Part shown: positions 47,001 to 53,178 of the stretch, in pieces
Position numbering within the stretch: the first letter of the stretch is position 1
Layout of the letters: each line of letters opens with the position of its first letter
From: a virus
Lineage: Duplodnaviria; Caudoviricetes
Reading direction: 5' to 3' (one strand)
Virus record (IMG/VR): IMGVR_UViG_3300025723_000042
Coordinates: 1-58,198 of that record
Length of the DNA: 58,198 nucleotides
The notes under the pieces: generated by a model
Seen by the model: only the letters and a program-made list of their open reading frames with translations
Database searches by the model: none
Told to the model about the DNA's origin: nothing
Made by a program: the position numbers and the translations under genes

Positions 47001-47585
47001 AGTTTGTCCGCGATATAATTTTAGTACAGGATTAGGAGTAAATCCATTAGGAGTAAACACATATTGTGAATCTTCTCCAACCGCAACTAAGTCTACAGTA
47101 TAGGTACTGGTTACTTTTTGTTGCTGTCCATATACTGTAACTGGCTCAGGACCGTATGGTAGCCAATAGTAGTTTTGAAAATTAACTACTTTGTCCCAGT
47201 CAATATGTGGATCCCAACTATAAAATTCTTCGGAGTTTAATCTAGAATGGTTCGCAGTATTGCCGCCAAACACTCCTAGTTGATTGATATAGTCAATGTA
47301 GTCTTTATAAAAAGTTACATTGTTTAAACTATCTTGAATTACTACACTAGGTTCTAGTTGATAATTTTGTCTGCTTGTTTCAGCGGCTGTTACATAAATG
47401 TCTGAACCAGTCGCGGCTTTGGCATTTTTTCTTCCGATGAACCCATTAATCTTTTTTACTGAGCCTGGTTGATATAATTGATCAAGCGTTGCTTGTAAAA
47501 ACTTTTTATTACTTTTACTTTGATAAAATGCTGGTAATAAATTAGATGTAAGGTTGTTGTTTCCAAAAGGCGTATTATTAGCCAT
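32040..47585 (-). CDS. giant (5181 aa) baseplate-wedge/tail-associated structural protein
   Basis: One uninterrupted 15.5-kb ORF directly after gp6 (gp7 position). Contains FG-GAP-like repeats, W....Y..G..V.Y CBM-like motifs, GSGY/GSGA repeats and VKPYRTKVR. Confidence 0.75.
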   Translation of the reverse strand: MANNTPFGNNNLTSNLLPAFYQSKSNKKFLQATLDQLYQPGSVKKINGFIGRKNAKAATGSDIYVTAAETSRQNYQLEPSVVIQDSLNNVTFYKDYIDYINQLGVFGGNTANHSRLNSEEFYSWDPHIDWDKVVNFQNYYWLPYGPEPVTVYGQQQKVTSTYTVDLVAVGEDSQYVFTPNGFTPNPVLKLYRGQTYTFEINSPGNAFSFKLSRTTGKVDRYLNAGIDNYGVQQGTITWTVADDAPTMIYYQSENDINLGGVIEIFDIDQNTYIDIEADVLGKKTYKLTDGTPLSNGMKVKFGGNVTPTKYATGSYYVEGVGTAIKLVSQSILEIVSPYTLSQTVEFDNTPFDQEPFSDATGYAAVADYIVINRASRDHNPWSRYNRWFHQDVIIASAKLNGDVPNLNQLARATRPIIEFEADLKLFNFGTTAIADIDLIDNFTTDVFSTIEGSSGYNIDGIPLTANQTILFTADTDPLVANKIYRVEFVDVKHLSNGSKQLHLVEIASPELNQTVLVNQGITNQSFMYWFNGTTWIKSQQKTNTNQPPLFDVVDDNGVSYGDTSVYPGSTFLGTKVFSYKVGSGLADTTLGFALSYKNVSNIGDIVFNFNLATDNFQYKQGTALITKNVNVGYIVGQDYAGNTVYENGWQTSVVNNTQAAIRIYENSNKTNNFNLDIFDDISNLNDLVVRVYINGKRLDASLWSIVDGQQYKRIVLTTPIALTDVLTIKAFASQPINKNGYYEIPINLQNNPLNNTMGDFTLGEVSDHVNSIVDNLETLFVGAFPGTSNLRDLGNTAAYGTKFVQHSGPMSLSMYHITSESNNIVRAIEQSRDDYNHFKRIFITTAENLGVDGDPVKLVDVILERINSNKPNTAPYYFSDMIPYGASLRTDIKIVDYRIKTYPLTAVFTLDTLSNKAVGVYLNDVQLTYGKDYTFNNQGFVVIDNSLSMNNGDTLTTLEYESTDGCFVPETPTKLGIYPKFEPKIYLDTTLIAPQLMIQGHDGSQVLAYGDYRDGLILELEKRIFNNIKVEYDPSVYDINSVIPNYNKTNVYTREEFNKVLAPNFYRWAKDVGVNFSKPLSYDISNSFTYNYRNNSAPDGTSLPGYWRGVYRWLLNTDRPNICPWEMLGLSIEPSWWTQVYGPAPYTSDNRVMWQDIADGMLREPGKPPVYLADYVKPFLINHIPVDESGNLVSPLFSSLALGQVTPSIDFEFVFGDVAPVESSWRRSSHYPFSVLITSMLLTPAKTFGVLLDRSRIVRNKAGQLIYKDTGLRIRPQDVILPSVYSSTTRVQTAGIINYVVNLILNYIFSNNLKSYEGYANDLTSMNVRLAYRVGSFTNQDQFNLLLESKTPSSSGSVFIPKEDYSVFLNSSSPTKKLSYSGVIITRLQDGFQVSGYSLTQPFFNYYNYSQPGPNINVGGISENFSNWTANEQYAAGSIIKYNNGYYKALTLTTTGASFDSTQFVAMPFLPVNGGVTANFRKSWDKTEILTAPYGLTFKKVQDVVDFLLGYGEYLKDQGFIFNQYNTNLGVVSNWETSAKEFMFWTTQNWSSGKDKWSDWTPNIVVPYGTIVRFNGEYYSATRNVPASDAFDYNDFNKLDGLSVDGASVISLSPAAGNIEFITPLNVVDDINNSFNKYEIFKVNGTAINTADLDSYRKNNTVSYNPKNSDGIYGASFYLVQHEHVVILNNTTIFNDTIYNPESGYRQERIKVSGYITTGWYGGLDIPGFIFDAAKIQNWQQWQDYNLGDIINYQGYYYSANEFLPGTAVFDISKWTELAHKPSSQILPNWTNIATQFQDFYSLDVDSFDSAQQAMGQHLIGYQKRQYLDNIIQDDVSEFKFYQGMIREKGTQNVLNKLFNVLSSENKESLVFYEEWAVRVGQYGAANSFQQVEFVLNEGTIRNNPQGYVLTDKIDKNLNPFIIQILPSDVYLPSNGYESNLWPVLSNYKPLLASAGYVNSKDVNLSIGQLSEILSYDPTKYVDGNYVWCAFAPPPYYWNVYRYTLKYATGVISSVTSNTSVTPNTVTITVPTTVTFAAGDYIGITGTTKINGFYAITAVTTNTFTITLAPKQVLAPFNDLSTIEVFYFVSQRSLDSSIDQLESLLPTTPVAGQLVWTDYISSTSTNWASWIYNPVYSTTTINDQIASNGHNFGRAIAMTKTGDTAAITSSDGQTAIYLKSGVLTNWTRNQLIQTPFISANYTTSGVQGTIESFNTAGLGLSISLISGGTGYRPTNGTQLYSNVPLTGGTGSGAIANVTVSNGVVTNVQLIRYNTQYVSGQVLTIDQKYLGGTSNTPVEIQVSNNCGSGYTPAVGTVVYANVPLIYTGSGTGDGTAVATVTVTNGLVSNIILNYGGLNYQVNDQLTVDSSHIGGTGTGFTIRVGSVNKNTRASAATTVAISNDKQWLAIGSPNSGYVATNYKGIYTVPNSTDYLAKSIVTDGVNYYQVTSNMSHQYSGVTGITQNQAQGARFNVVVIGSTYTVNVVSGGAGYKVGNKITILGSQVGGIDTVNDITITVTSINGSTTTLSPGAITGVTANSVGTPPQTYTSLGGSVILGTGATFTVKPVLTGYVVTVSATGNGYLAGDQILIKGSSVGGTDIINDLLITLPTPISGFVNSYQIVNPYGVSAWNQISYVPVDTTSPSNNSSYTNQGVVSLYKRSFGNSYSLVDSIVSPSIGLEPTYVTGEQFGATLAFNTNELYIGATGYNNNAGRVYKLIYTSNVKVSSAYNPIGSSYATLVVTSTTGITVGLVVQGVGFTSGQTVTAVINSTTLELSGSPDSTPAGILNFVTTNWQYSTNYTGFTGDNFGSSINVSNDGLTLAIGATGGSRGYVRVYKNSGSGFTLSQTISGSTTTFATGISISDNGTYLAISDNTASTTGVVAIYSLLATGQYDLGTPTFVHPRSTISSHFGTKISFMNDYNTLVVYTSVNSSGRIDIYDRYDTQWVYSETIPMTGNSSDALGAGFSVGVNQIFVGAPNATENNFTNSGVIYNYYKLPNTYTWTIHTSQTPVADITKIKKAFLYDKTNGSLLKYLDVVDPLQGKIPGPAEEEIRYKTFYDPAVYSIGTSDVVVNTASIWSNKQVGQLWWDLRTAKFINSYDQDIVYRNSTWNQLATGATIDIYEWVSSNLKPSQWDAQADTNAGLADGISGKSLYSDKAYSVTQSYDKISKTFKNTYYFWVKNKAVTPYINGRHMSAMDVANLISNPRGQDYTYLGITGLNTFSLTNVKGYTSSSNVVLSVEFWTIDKTDQNIHTQYKMISNDPNIDLPKTIEQKWFDSLCGIDSFGKVVPDPRLPFKIRYGIENRPRQSMVINRFEALKQLIEYANQVMITNQVAELNISALESYDKEPTVVTGLYDAILDTDAELPYASVASFAVPNLVPIIINNGQITGIIINSAGKGYVSVVNGIATSPYIEIVGSGQGAVVRATINALGQVTGATVISSGVGYDSNTRCVIRNYAVLVHSDSQANNQWSIYTYDPVYKQWSRTLTQSYDVRNYWSYSDWYASGYSQYSLEDYAVDTFVELNSLTIQVGQVVRIRTSNNGGWLLLEKFANVNSVDWTQSYNTVGIQNGTIQFSSKLYDFALTDVGYDSSIFDGEGFDVVAATELRIILNTIKNNIFIDNLKQEYLNLFFNTVHYVLSEQVYVDWIFKTSFVKAQHNVGMLDQPVNYPVDNLSNFEDYVSEVKPYRTKVREYVSNYESLDTAQLPITDFDLMPIYENDKVGLIDVTVQNGKLVAGDSAIQTYPWKFWLDNVGFVVTELILIDGGSGYNIPPHVVFNSTSGSGATGRAFIKNGVVTRVVLLTPGSGYLSVPEIVLDGGLSTVGVQARAIAIIGESVVRSTTIGIKFDRVSHTNYITQLQQTQTFAGDGSQLKFALTWAPDIRIGQSSITVNGIPVLRELYTLSTVVSTKNGYTQYSGLITFAVGNAPAKGSTLSVTYLINTAMLNAADRIEFYYEPGSGMLGKDLAQVMTGIDYGGTIVDGLGFNVKTGWGSSPYYKDKWDNYDSSFDDYYVTVAANTHSFTLPYVPAANTELNIYQIKNNVDSYDNRTGTYNNQLEFSYNINDSSPVATTITHINTAGHSTTYNPNGSYETTLVVASAAGILPGMGIIGVGFSSNVAVLTTTGASGNGTTVTLTFDTVSAPPYSVGQTIIVNNVLPVAYNGTYTVTACTTTSVSYASTATGTKTQAGTIIGSAIHKVVSVNQDTNTVTLNRAPDSIPSGTLIFTFNFAGSTQLTVSDTTYINVGDVVACATVKSLIYNSTVTGIVDSQTVALNSILYSDINPNIELTFTKTLSQPTDITINANGTAVLNSTTYPTGLSNLSVLNITGKISPVRLDDPYYGTQQQTNKNAIMISPIATGTPDSQVAPGLYQYTITIPSGYTVSNGDEFIIRRSTSDGSILPNANDYDTSLVGGDLAYSTATGLAADDIIVDGDGMVTPTTSPAPEEVVPGQVVDAVAIKVYDRSNSGAANIVTDNFIANGTTSTYTLTQQPNSPKALIVKVGNTIKTYQTDYTVDYKNKKITLLSTPPAKTTVTVFNIGFAGSNILDLDYFVGDGTTTEFVTKAPWLKDITAVVYIDGVVANPQLFKTDATYDFANAVGFKFINPPTVGSLINFVIVSGAQQTFVVTNKEIIATNGVSLTYPLAYPVGTSLPYESSMIVRVDQTILSGPNDNYFTIENNQLNYNIDPAKIIPYSATIQNINVIANGIKLNLGSDYTVDLSGITITLTKNAYTLYSGTTLLVSITTDESYFYNPESQTITFTQAYDHTHVVEVISSYNHSVLDIQRSSVNVTSNVSLTPNTADYYYYKNLASGLIKLERTVLSDSYVWITKNGKLLTPTIDYKLNDDKQSVQLATLPLGSDQLTFITFGSNILSSGIAYMQFKDMLNRVSYKRLSLSKRTTLANDLHWNDTSITLVDASNFDVPNPTANKPGVIEIRGERIEYFAINGNVLSRLRRGTLGTGVYTLHKAGAFVQDIGPTETIPYTETTITEQIISDGTSTVNLSFAPGLYPIHNAKTHAIVAEVPGDIEVFVGGYNDGSSWASGVSYNVGDIVNIGSYTYRCTTAHTAGATFSADSSNWTFFIGNIRLKKQPYKVHNVNVNPYSPAGDVQLPADFTVDGVSKSITLTNLLNKGTQITVIKQIGTAWDGNKNNPVNILNDNSKISEFLKVSPGVWYTDYKS

Positions 47586-50500
47586 TAGATGCTCCGTTTG
47601 TTGCGCTGGTTATATTTTGTGTGTTAATAACGGTTGTTAATGCTTCGCCGGTTATTGTTTTAAGATTGGCACTGGTTAAGCCTGATACAATAACAATATC
47701 ACTAGCTTGGGCACAGCTTATAAAAATCTGATTGCTAGGACATTGTATTTCAAATAAGCTACCAAAGTACTGTCCTGCTTGTTTTGGAACAATAACAAAA
47801 CTAGTAATATCTGGATTTAATTGTGTTAATATGTAAGTCGATAATTCTGTAAAATAAAATGTATCGCCAAAGTCCCAATTATCTAAATTAAAGAATGCAT
47901 TAATAGCTGTTAAAATACGTGCTATAATATTTGAATTACTAGCAGTACTACTTGGATTTCGAACTACATTAAATGTAGCTTGAAGACTTAAATCGGCTTG
48001 TGCGCCAAATAATAATTTATAACTTACAGGATGATACACAATCTCGTCGCTGATTGATTTAATTAAATTCAAGTTAGGACTTAATTGAGTGTTCAATTGA
48101 TTACTGCTTGGGGGTAACGGTTCTACTGAAGTTGCTCCAATAACCCATTGTCTAAAAGCAGTATCGTATGTTTTTGTTAGAACAAAAACATCCATAATGT
48201 TACTTGCGCTTGGATCAATTCTACTGTCATAATCGGCACTATGAGTATATTGGAATTTTAAATTGTCGCGACCTACATAAACTTTATAGTCTAGTGTTGG
48301 AACAAATCCTTCACCATTTACATATTGAGACACATAATTAGCATCTACAAAATAATAATACTGACCATTAACTCCACTACCTGGCTTAGTTGGTAATATT
48401 ATTACAGGGCCTTTAGCAGAATCATTGCTTACATAACGATAGTCTTCTTCACCCTGACTAATTAGATATTTTTCTTGAACAACAAATGTTGTAGCACTGT
48501 CAGGCGAAACAATATCTAAAAACAGTTGAGGATTATCTACAATACCACTGTTAGTACTGTCAGCAAAACTAACAACAATTTTACTAGGATCAATATAGCC
48601 ATCTTGTCCGTTATATTCACTGACAACATCCCAGTTATAGTTTAATGTAAATGGGCTAGTAGAGCCTGGTTGTGTGTTTATGCTTAATATTTTTATGTTG
48701 TCTTTAACAATAGCCGTATTAACTACATCATAGATCTTTGTATTTGTATCAAAATAGAATGTAACTTGAGCATCACTTTCAAACACATAACGTAATTCTC
48801 TTGTAGTTACTGTGTAATATTCGTTATTAGTAGTAAACAATAATATCCAACTAGAATCCTTGTTAGCGTTGGTAAGGTCGCCTTGATTACCTAAACTAAA
48901 TGAATCAGTTGTGTTTAAGTTTGTTTCAAATATAATTTGCCAGCTTTGTGTAGATCCGTTGTAACTTAATCCAAATGGTTTATTAGCAAATACTAAATCA
49001 ATTATTGTTGTTATTACGGTACTACTAAACGTACGAGTAAAACTAGGAATAATTTGACTTATAATTGCGCCCTCTGGAATTGACTTGTTTAACATTATAG
49101 CGCCATAGCCACTAGACAAGACACCTGTATATGAACTACTAACTAATAGTCCTCTGCCATCACCCGATACTGAAACTACTTCAGCCCATATATACGAGCT
49201 TGCGCCAGCTTGATTTATATTGCTAGTAGATAATATGTTGTTGTTAGTTGTATCAAAATATTGTGTTCCTGGATTTGGTACGGTAAATTGAATTAAAGAA
49301 CCAGGAGTCAAATATTGTAATGATGTATTAGTGTAACTACCAACTTGTAATGGACTAGAGTTAGTAGTTGTATCAATATAGCCTGTTGAATTTGTAGTAC
49401 TAGAAGTTACTTGATTCCATGCAATATTACTGTTAGATAAAGAAATTACATATTGTTGATAAAAGAAATTTCTTAAATTAGGATCATTTAATATATCATA
49501 AATTTGTCCTAAAATTACACCTTGAATGTCAGTTTGAGTTATGTAACTAAAAGTAGAACTAGCTATAAAAGGCTCTCTGTAGATAACACCATCGTCGGCA
49601 AATAAATTAGTACTAGAATATTTTCCAGTAGGATCCACTAGGTCAAAATAACGACTAATACCACTACTTGTTCTATTAAGAGCTTTAACTTTAGCAACGT
49701 CTGTACTAGAACTTAACGGACTAATATTATAGTCTTCTCCGGTAATCATACGATTTTGTGTATAGTATGTTTGAGGAGCGTTTGTTTTAACACTTGCGTT
49801 TGTTTCACTTGTAGCAGAATTTGATACTGTAGTTTGTAAAGATAAACTAATACTTAAAATTTCACTTGTGCCTGTAGCACTAGTGTATGGAATATCTATA
49901 GAAACATTTCTAATATCTGTTGGCGCAACTGTATAGGTTAGATTGTTACTAACTCTATAATAAGTTCTAAAATTACCTAATGGTAAATCACCAAACGTGC
50001 CATCACTGAATTGTAAACTAATAGCATCAGTTGCTCTAGTAACTACACTATAAATTGTTTTAATCTTACTGTTTAAACTATTATAGATAATATTATTACC
50101 TAGTGTTGATGGCACTTGTGTCCATAATGTCGATTCGATTCCGTTTGAATCTAATTGGTATAACCAAAGATCTGTATCATTTATATTTTGTGTAGCAATA
50201 TCAATTTGTTGATTGCTACTAGGCTGGGTAACTGTAAAGTTACCTACTCCTAGTGAACCTTGTGTAAAATTAAAAAAGAATCCAGTGCCTGCGCTACCTG
50301 CTCCATAGCCGTCATCTTTGTAAACACAAGCTATACTGTTGGCGATTTTTGGAGGTTCTTCGTAGATGTATGTTTGATTTTTAAAGGTAGTACTAGTTAC
50401 TTCAAAATTCATATTACGGCCAGCAACTGGTTTGGTAAAACTATAAACTGGAACATCTGAATTAGTTGCGTTAAATCTATACTGAGCAGTAGGTACTCCA

Positions 50501-51039
50501 TATATAGTTGCTTTATCTGCTGGATTTCCATACTGTTGTGTTTGTGGCATTGCGGCATTTAACACACTGATAAATTGGTCATACCAATTAGGATTACTGC
50601 TGTCGTTCCAAGTAATATATTGTCCTGATAAATTTCTACCGTTGCTGTCTAAAACAGATTCTGTAGTAGAAATAACATTAAATTTTAATAAACCAGTTGC
50701 CGCAGTATTACGCTTTGCGTTATAACCAATCATACGTGCTAAACGTAACACGCTGTCACGACGGCTAGCAAGCTCTAAAAAGTTTTCACGAGCATTTAAA
50801 TCAACACGGAAAGCTATGCTTTGGCCCACGTAGGCTATAAGATCAATTAGGGCAAGGTATTCGCTAGATTCAATATAATCGTTAAAATCTTCAGGAAAAT
50901 TAGTACGGATATAGTCAATCATTGTACGACGTAAATTGTCAAAGTCGTAGCTTTGGAAGTCTGCGTTCTTAAATGATTGATAAATTTTCTGCCAGTCCTC
51001 ACTGACTAACAGGTTGTTTAGTCTATCCGTTGAGCTCAT
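47578..51039 (-). CDS. gp6: baseplate wedge subunit (T4 gp6-like)
   Basis: YDFDNLR..MIDYI...DFND..ESS...LIDL.AY, ENFL..A.RRDSV..LA..IGY and QNRMIT.EDY. Confidence 0.85.
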   Translation of the reverse strand: MSSTDRLNNLLVSEDWQKIYQSFKNADFQSYDFDNLRRTMIDYIRTNFPEDFNDYIESSEYLALIDLIAYVGQSIAFRVDLNARENFLELASRRDSVLRLARMIGYNAKRNTAATGLLKFNVISTTESVLDSNGRNLSGQYITWNDSSNPNWYDQFISVLNAAMPQTQQYGNPADKATIYGVPTAQYRFNATNSDVPVYSFTKPVAGRNMNFEVTSTTFKNQTYIYEEPPKIANSIACVYKDDGYGAGSAGTGFFFNFTQGSLGVGNFTVTQPSSNQQIDIATQNINDTDLWLYQLDSNGIESTLWTQVPSTLGNNIIYNSLNSKIKTIYSVVTRATDAISLQFSDGTFGDLPLGNFRTYYRVSNNLTYTVAPTDIRNVSIDIPYTSATGTSEILSISLSLQTTVSNSATSETNASVKTNAPQTYYTQNRMITGEDYNISPLSSSTDVAKVKALNRTSSGISRYFDLVDPTGKYSSTNLFADDGVIYREPFIASSTFSYITQTDIQGVILGQIYDILNDPNLRNFFYQQYVISLSNSNIAWNQVTSSTTNSTGYIDTTTNSSPLQVGSYTNTSLQYLTPGSLIQFTVPNPGTQYFDTTNNNILSTSNINQAGASSYIWAEVVSVSGDGRGLLVSSSYTGVLSSGYGAIMLNKSIPEGAIISQIIPSFTRTFSSTVITTIIDLVFANKPFGLSYNGSTQSWQIIFETNLNTTDSFSLGNQGDLTNANKDSSWILLFTTNNEYYTVTTRELRYVFESDAQVTFYFDTNTKIYDVVNTAIVKDNIKILSINTQPGSTSPFTLNYNWDVVSEYNGQDGYIDPSKIVVSFADSTNSGIVDNPQLFLDIVSPDSATTFVVQEKYLISQGEEDYRYVSNDSAKGPVIILPTKPGSGVNGQYYYFVDANYVSQYVNGEGFVPTLDYKVYVGRDNLKFQYTHSADYDSRIDPSASNIMDVFVLTKTYDTAFRQWVIGATSVEPLPPSSNQLNTQLSPNLNLIKSISDEIVYHPVSYKLLFGAQADLSLQATFNVVRNPSSTASNSNIIARILTAINAFFNLDNWDFGDTFYFTELSTYILTQLNPDITSFVIVPKQAGQYFGSLFEIQCPSNQIFISCAQASDIVIVSGLTSANLKTITGEALTTVINTQNITSATNGASNG

Positions 51040-51057
51040 AATATGTCCTAATAAGTG

Positions 51058-51090
51058 TATTTATTGAATAAAATTATGTGCGTAGTTTAT
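51058..51090 (-). promoter_or_regulatory. bipartite late-promoter-like element
   Basis: Minus strand: ATAAACTACGCAC-N14-TAAATA upstream of gp6; identical arrangement at 56907-56939. Confidence 0.6.
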
Positions 51091-51521
51091 TATCCTGACA
51101 GCAATCCGTTCTGTTGATCGAACTTTAACTGTAGGTTTTGCTGTATATTATAGGGCAAATAAGTCAATTTACATTCAATTTGTATACCTTGGTCGTATGG
51201 AGTAATAAGGATATTACTAGCTTGTACTCTAGGGTCGTAATTCAATACTTCATTGACATTTTGTAGTATAAGATCTTGTATTTGAGGTGTTAATGGTTCA
51301 AATAATAAAGTCCAAATGATACTACCGAACGCAGGTTGCATTAATCTTTCGCCCTGGCGTACATAAAAATGATTTAAAATATCCTGCTTGATTAATTCGA
51401 AATCGTATAAGGCAAAGTTTTGATTGTTAGCATTAACTGTGCTGAAACCTCTGTACTTTTGCGGTGGCGGAGGATTACCAGACTGTGCTGTAGTAATTGT
51501 TAGTTTGTTGTGTATAGTCAT
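51090..51521 (-). CDS. gp25: baseplate wedge / sheath initiator (T4 gp25-like)
   Basis: DFELIKQDILN.F..RQGERLMQP.FGS.IW.LLFEP...YDPRV. Confidence 0.88.
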   Translation of the reverse strand: MTIHNKLTITTAQSGNPPPPQKYRGFSTVNANNQNFALYDFELIKQDILNHFYVRQGERLMQPAFGSIIWTLLFEPLTPQIQDLILQNVNEVLNYDPRVQASNILITPYDQGIQIECKLTYLPYNIQQNLQLKFDQQNGLLSG

Positions 51522-53176
51522 GAATTCTCCTGATTTTTAGTAAACGTATCAGTGGCAGTTGTATAAGTTTTCCAAGCATCTGGAACTGGAATAGCCGTAG
51601 CATTTTCTCTATCAGTTGCATCAGGTTTAAACATAGTGGCGTCTAAATTTTCATGATGTGGATACGGTTCTGTAGTTGGTATTCTAGCTAAAATACTTGT
51701 TAATGTTTCTCCATCTATTTCGGTTGGATTGTCAATAGTAGGTAGCGGATCCGGAGCGGTTGCCGCGGTAGCTGTTCCAGCACTAGCGGCTGCAGGACCG
51801 TTGAAGTTAATGTCACCGCCTGATACAGTTGTATTAGCGGCATTAATATTCATATCTCCGCCAGATGTAAGATTATTATCTGCGCTAGTGTTAAGATCAA
51901 ATCCTGCTCCAATAGTTATATTAGTTTGATCTCCGATAGTAGCATCCCAGGTAGATTCATACGATTCTGCGACAGCACCTGAAATTGTTTCATCCTGTGT
52001 TCCGTCAACTTTAATAGCAACATTACCATTTACAATACAAATTTTATCTCCGCCGACTTCAGTTTGATGACGTTCAGCAACTTTAAGATTAAAGTTACGG
52101 CCAGCTTCCATATTGATATCACGGTCAGCATAAAAGTTTATATCGTTTTGAGTACGTACACTTATGCTGTCTTGCGCATAGATGTCTATTTTGCCATCAC
52201 TGGTTAATTCTATCCAAGCAGTTCCACGACTATTCGTAATGTAAATTAAGTCTTCGCTATTATGTAATAATATCTCATGTCCAGTACGTGTGCGAATTCT
52301 AACTAATTCATTGTGAGGACGAGTATTATCTCCACTAGTATCTCCTGCTTCTACACTAGCATAAGTAGGAGGACCGTCAGTTGGAGCAGTCATACGAAGA
52401 AATTTATCATCTCCGTCATCCATAACAAAAGTTGTTCCGCCAAGTCGACTAACTGGGTAGTTAGGAACTCTATGTTCTGCTTTACCCACTGGGCCAGTTT
52501 TTCCGTTTTTATCTAATGGACCAGGAGTACTAATTCCAAATACCATGCTAGGGCTTTCACGTCTAGCACTACTAGTAGTAATACCACGAATGTCATCAAA
52601 TATTAAACCTTGAGCGGCTAATATTTGTGCTAAAGGATGTTCAGGTTTTAGTACACGAGTAGCATCTGTTCTAGCATCGTTGTCGTCAATTTTTTTGTTA
52701 TATTCTGCAACAGGTACACGGCCATAGTTGCCAGCATTATCTGGATCAACATCTTCAACTACACGCTGAGTTGCCGCGATACCTGGCATCATAAAATTCA
52801 TATTTTCAGCTTCGCTACCAACACACCCTATCCAGTAACCGCGCTTAGGATCTCCGTCAATGAAAATAATCATCACGTATGAACCTACATCTGGAGGTAC
52901 CATCCACATACCATATGATTTTTGTGTATTATTGTAATTGTCTATTTGTCCTAGATAATCACTGCTAGTAACACCCCAGAAGGGACTCATGTACTTTACT
53001 TGGTGTAGTTGTCCTTCTGCTCCACTTGTAGCACCACTCGGTCTTAAAATTTCTACTTCTAATACGCCCATGTAAGTAGGATCGATATTACTAATAACCT
53101 TGGCAATAAACGGACCTGGTTTAGGATCTGGTTGGCTATTACTAGCGTAATCTAATTGTGTGTCTTTTGATCCCAT
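51518..53176 (-). CDS. gp5: baseplate central spike (gp5/VgrG OB-fold + beta-helix), no lysozyme domain
   Basis: DPTYMG.L.V, SYGMWMVPPDVG..V...F.DGD...GYWIG, RTRTGHEILL, and a beta-helix repeat region. Confidence 0.78.
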   Translation of the reverse strand: MGSKDTQLDYASNSQPDPKPGPFIAKVISNIDPTYMGVLEVEILRPSGATSGAEGQLHQVKYMSPFWGVTSSDYLGQIDNYNNTQKSYGMWMVPPDVGSYVMIIFIDGDPKRGYWIGCVGSEAENMNFMMPGIAATQRVVEDVDPDNAGNYGRVPVAEYNKKIDDNDARTDATRVLKPEHPLAQILAAQGLIFDDIRGITTSSARRESPSMVFGISTPGPLDKNGKTGPVGKAEHRVPNYPVSRLGGTTFVMDDGDDKFLRMTAPTDGPPTYASVEAGDTSGDNTRPHNELVRIRTRTGHEILLHNSEDLIYITNSRGTAWIELTSDGKIDIYAQDSISVRTQNDINFYADRDINMEAGRNFNLKVAERHQTEVGGDKICIVNGNVAIKVDGTQDETISGAVAESYESTWDATIGDQTNITIGAGFDLNTSADNNLTSGGDMNINAANTTVSGGDINFNGPAAASAGTATAATAPDPLPTIDNPTEIDGETLTSILARIPTTEPYPHHENLDATMFKPDATDRENATAIPVPDAWKTYTTATDTFTKNQENS

Positions 53177-53178
53177 TA

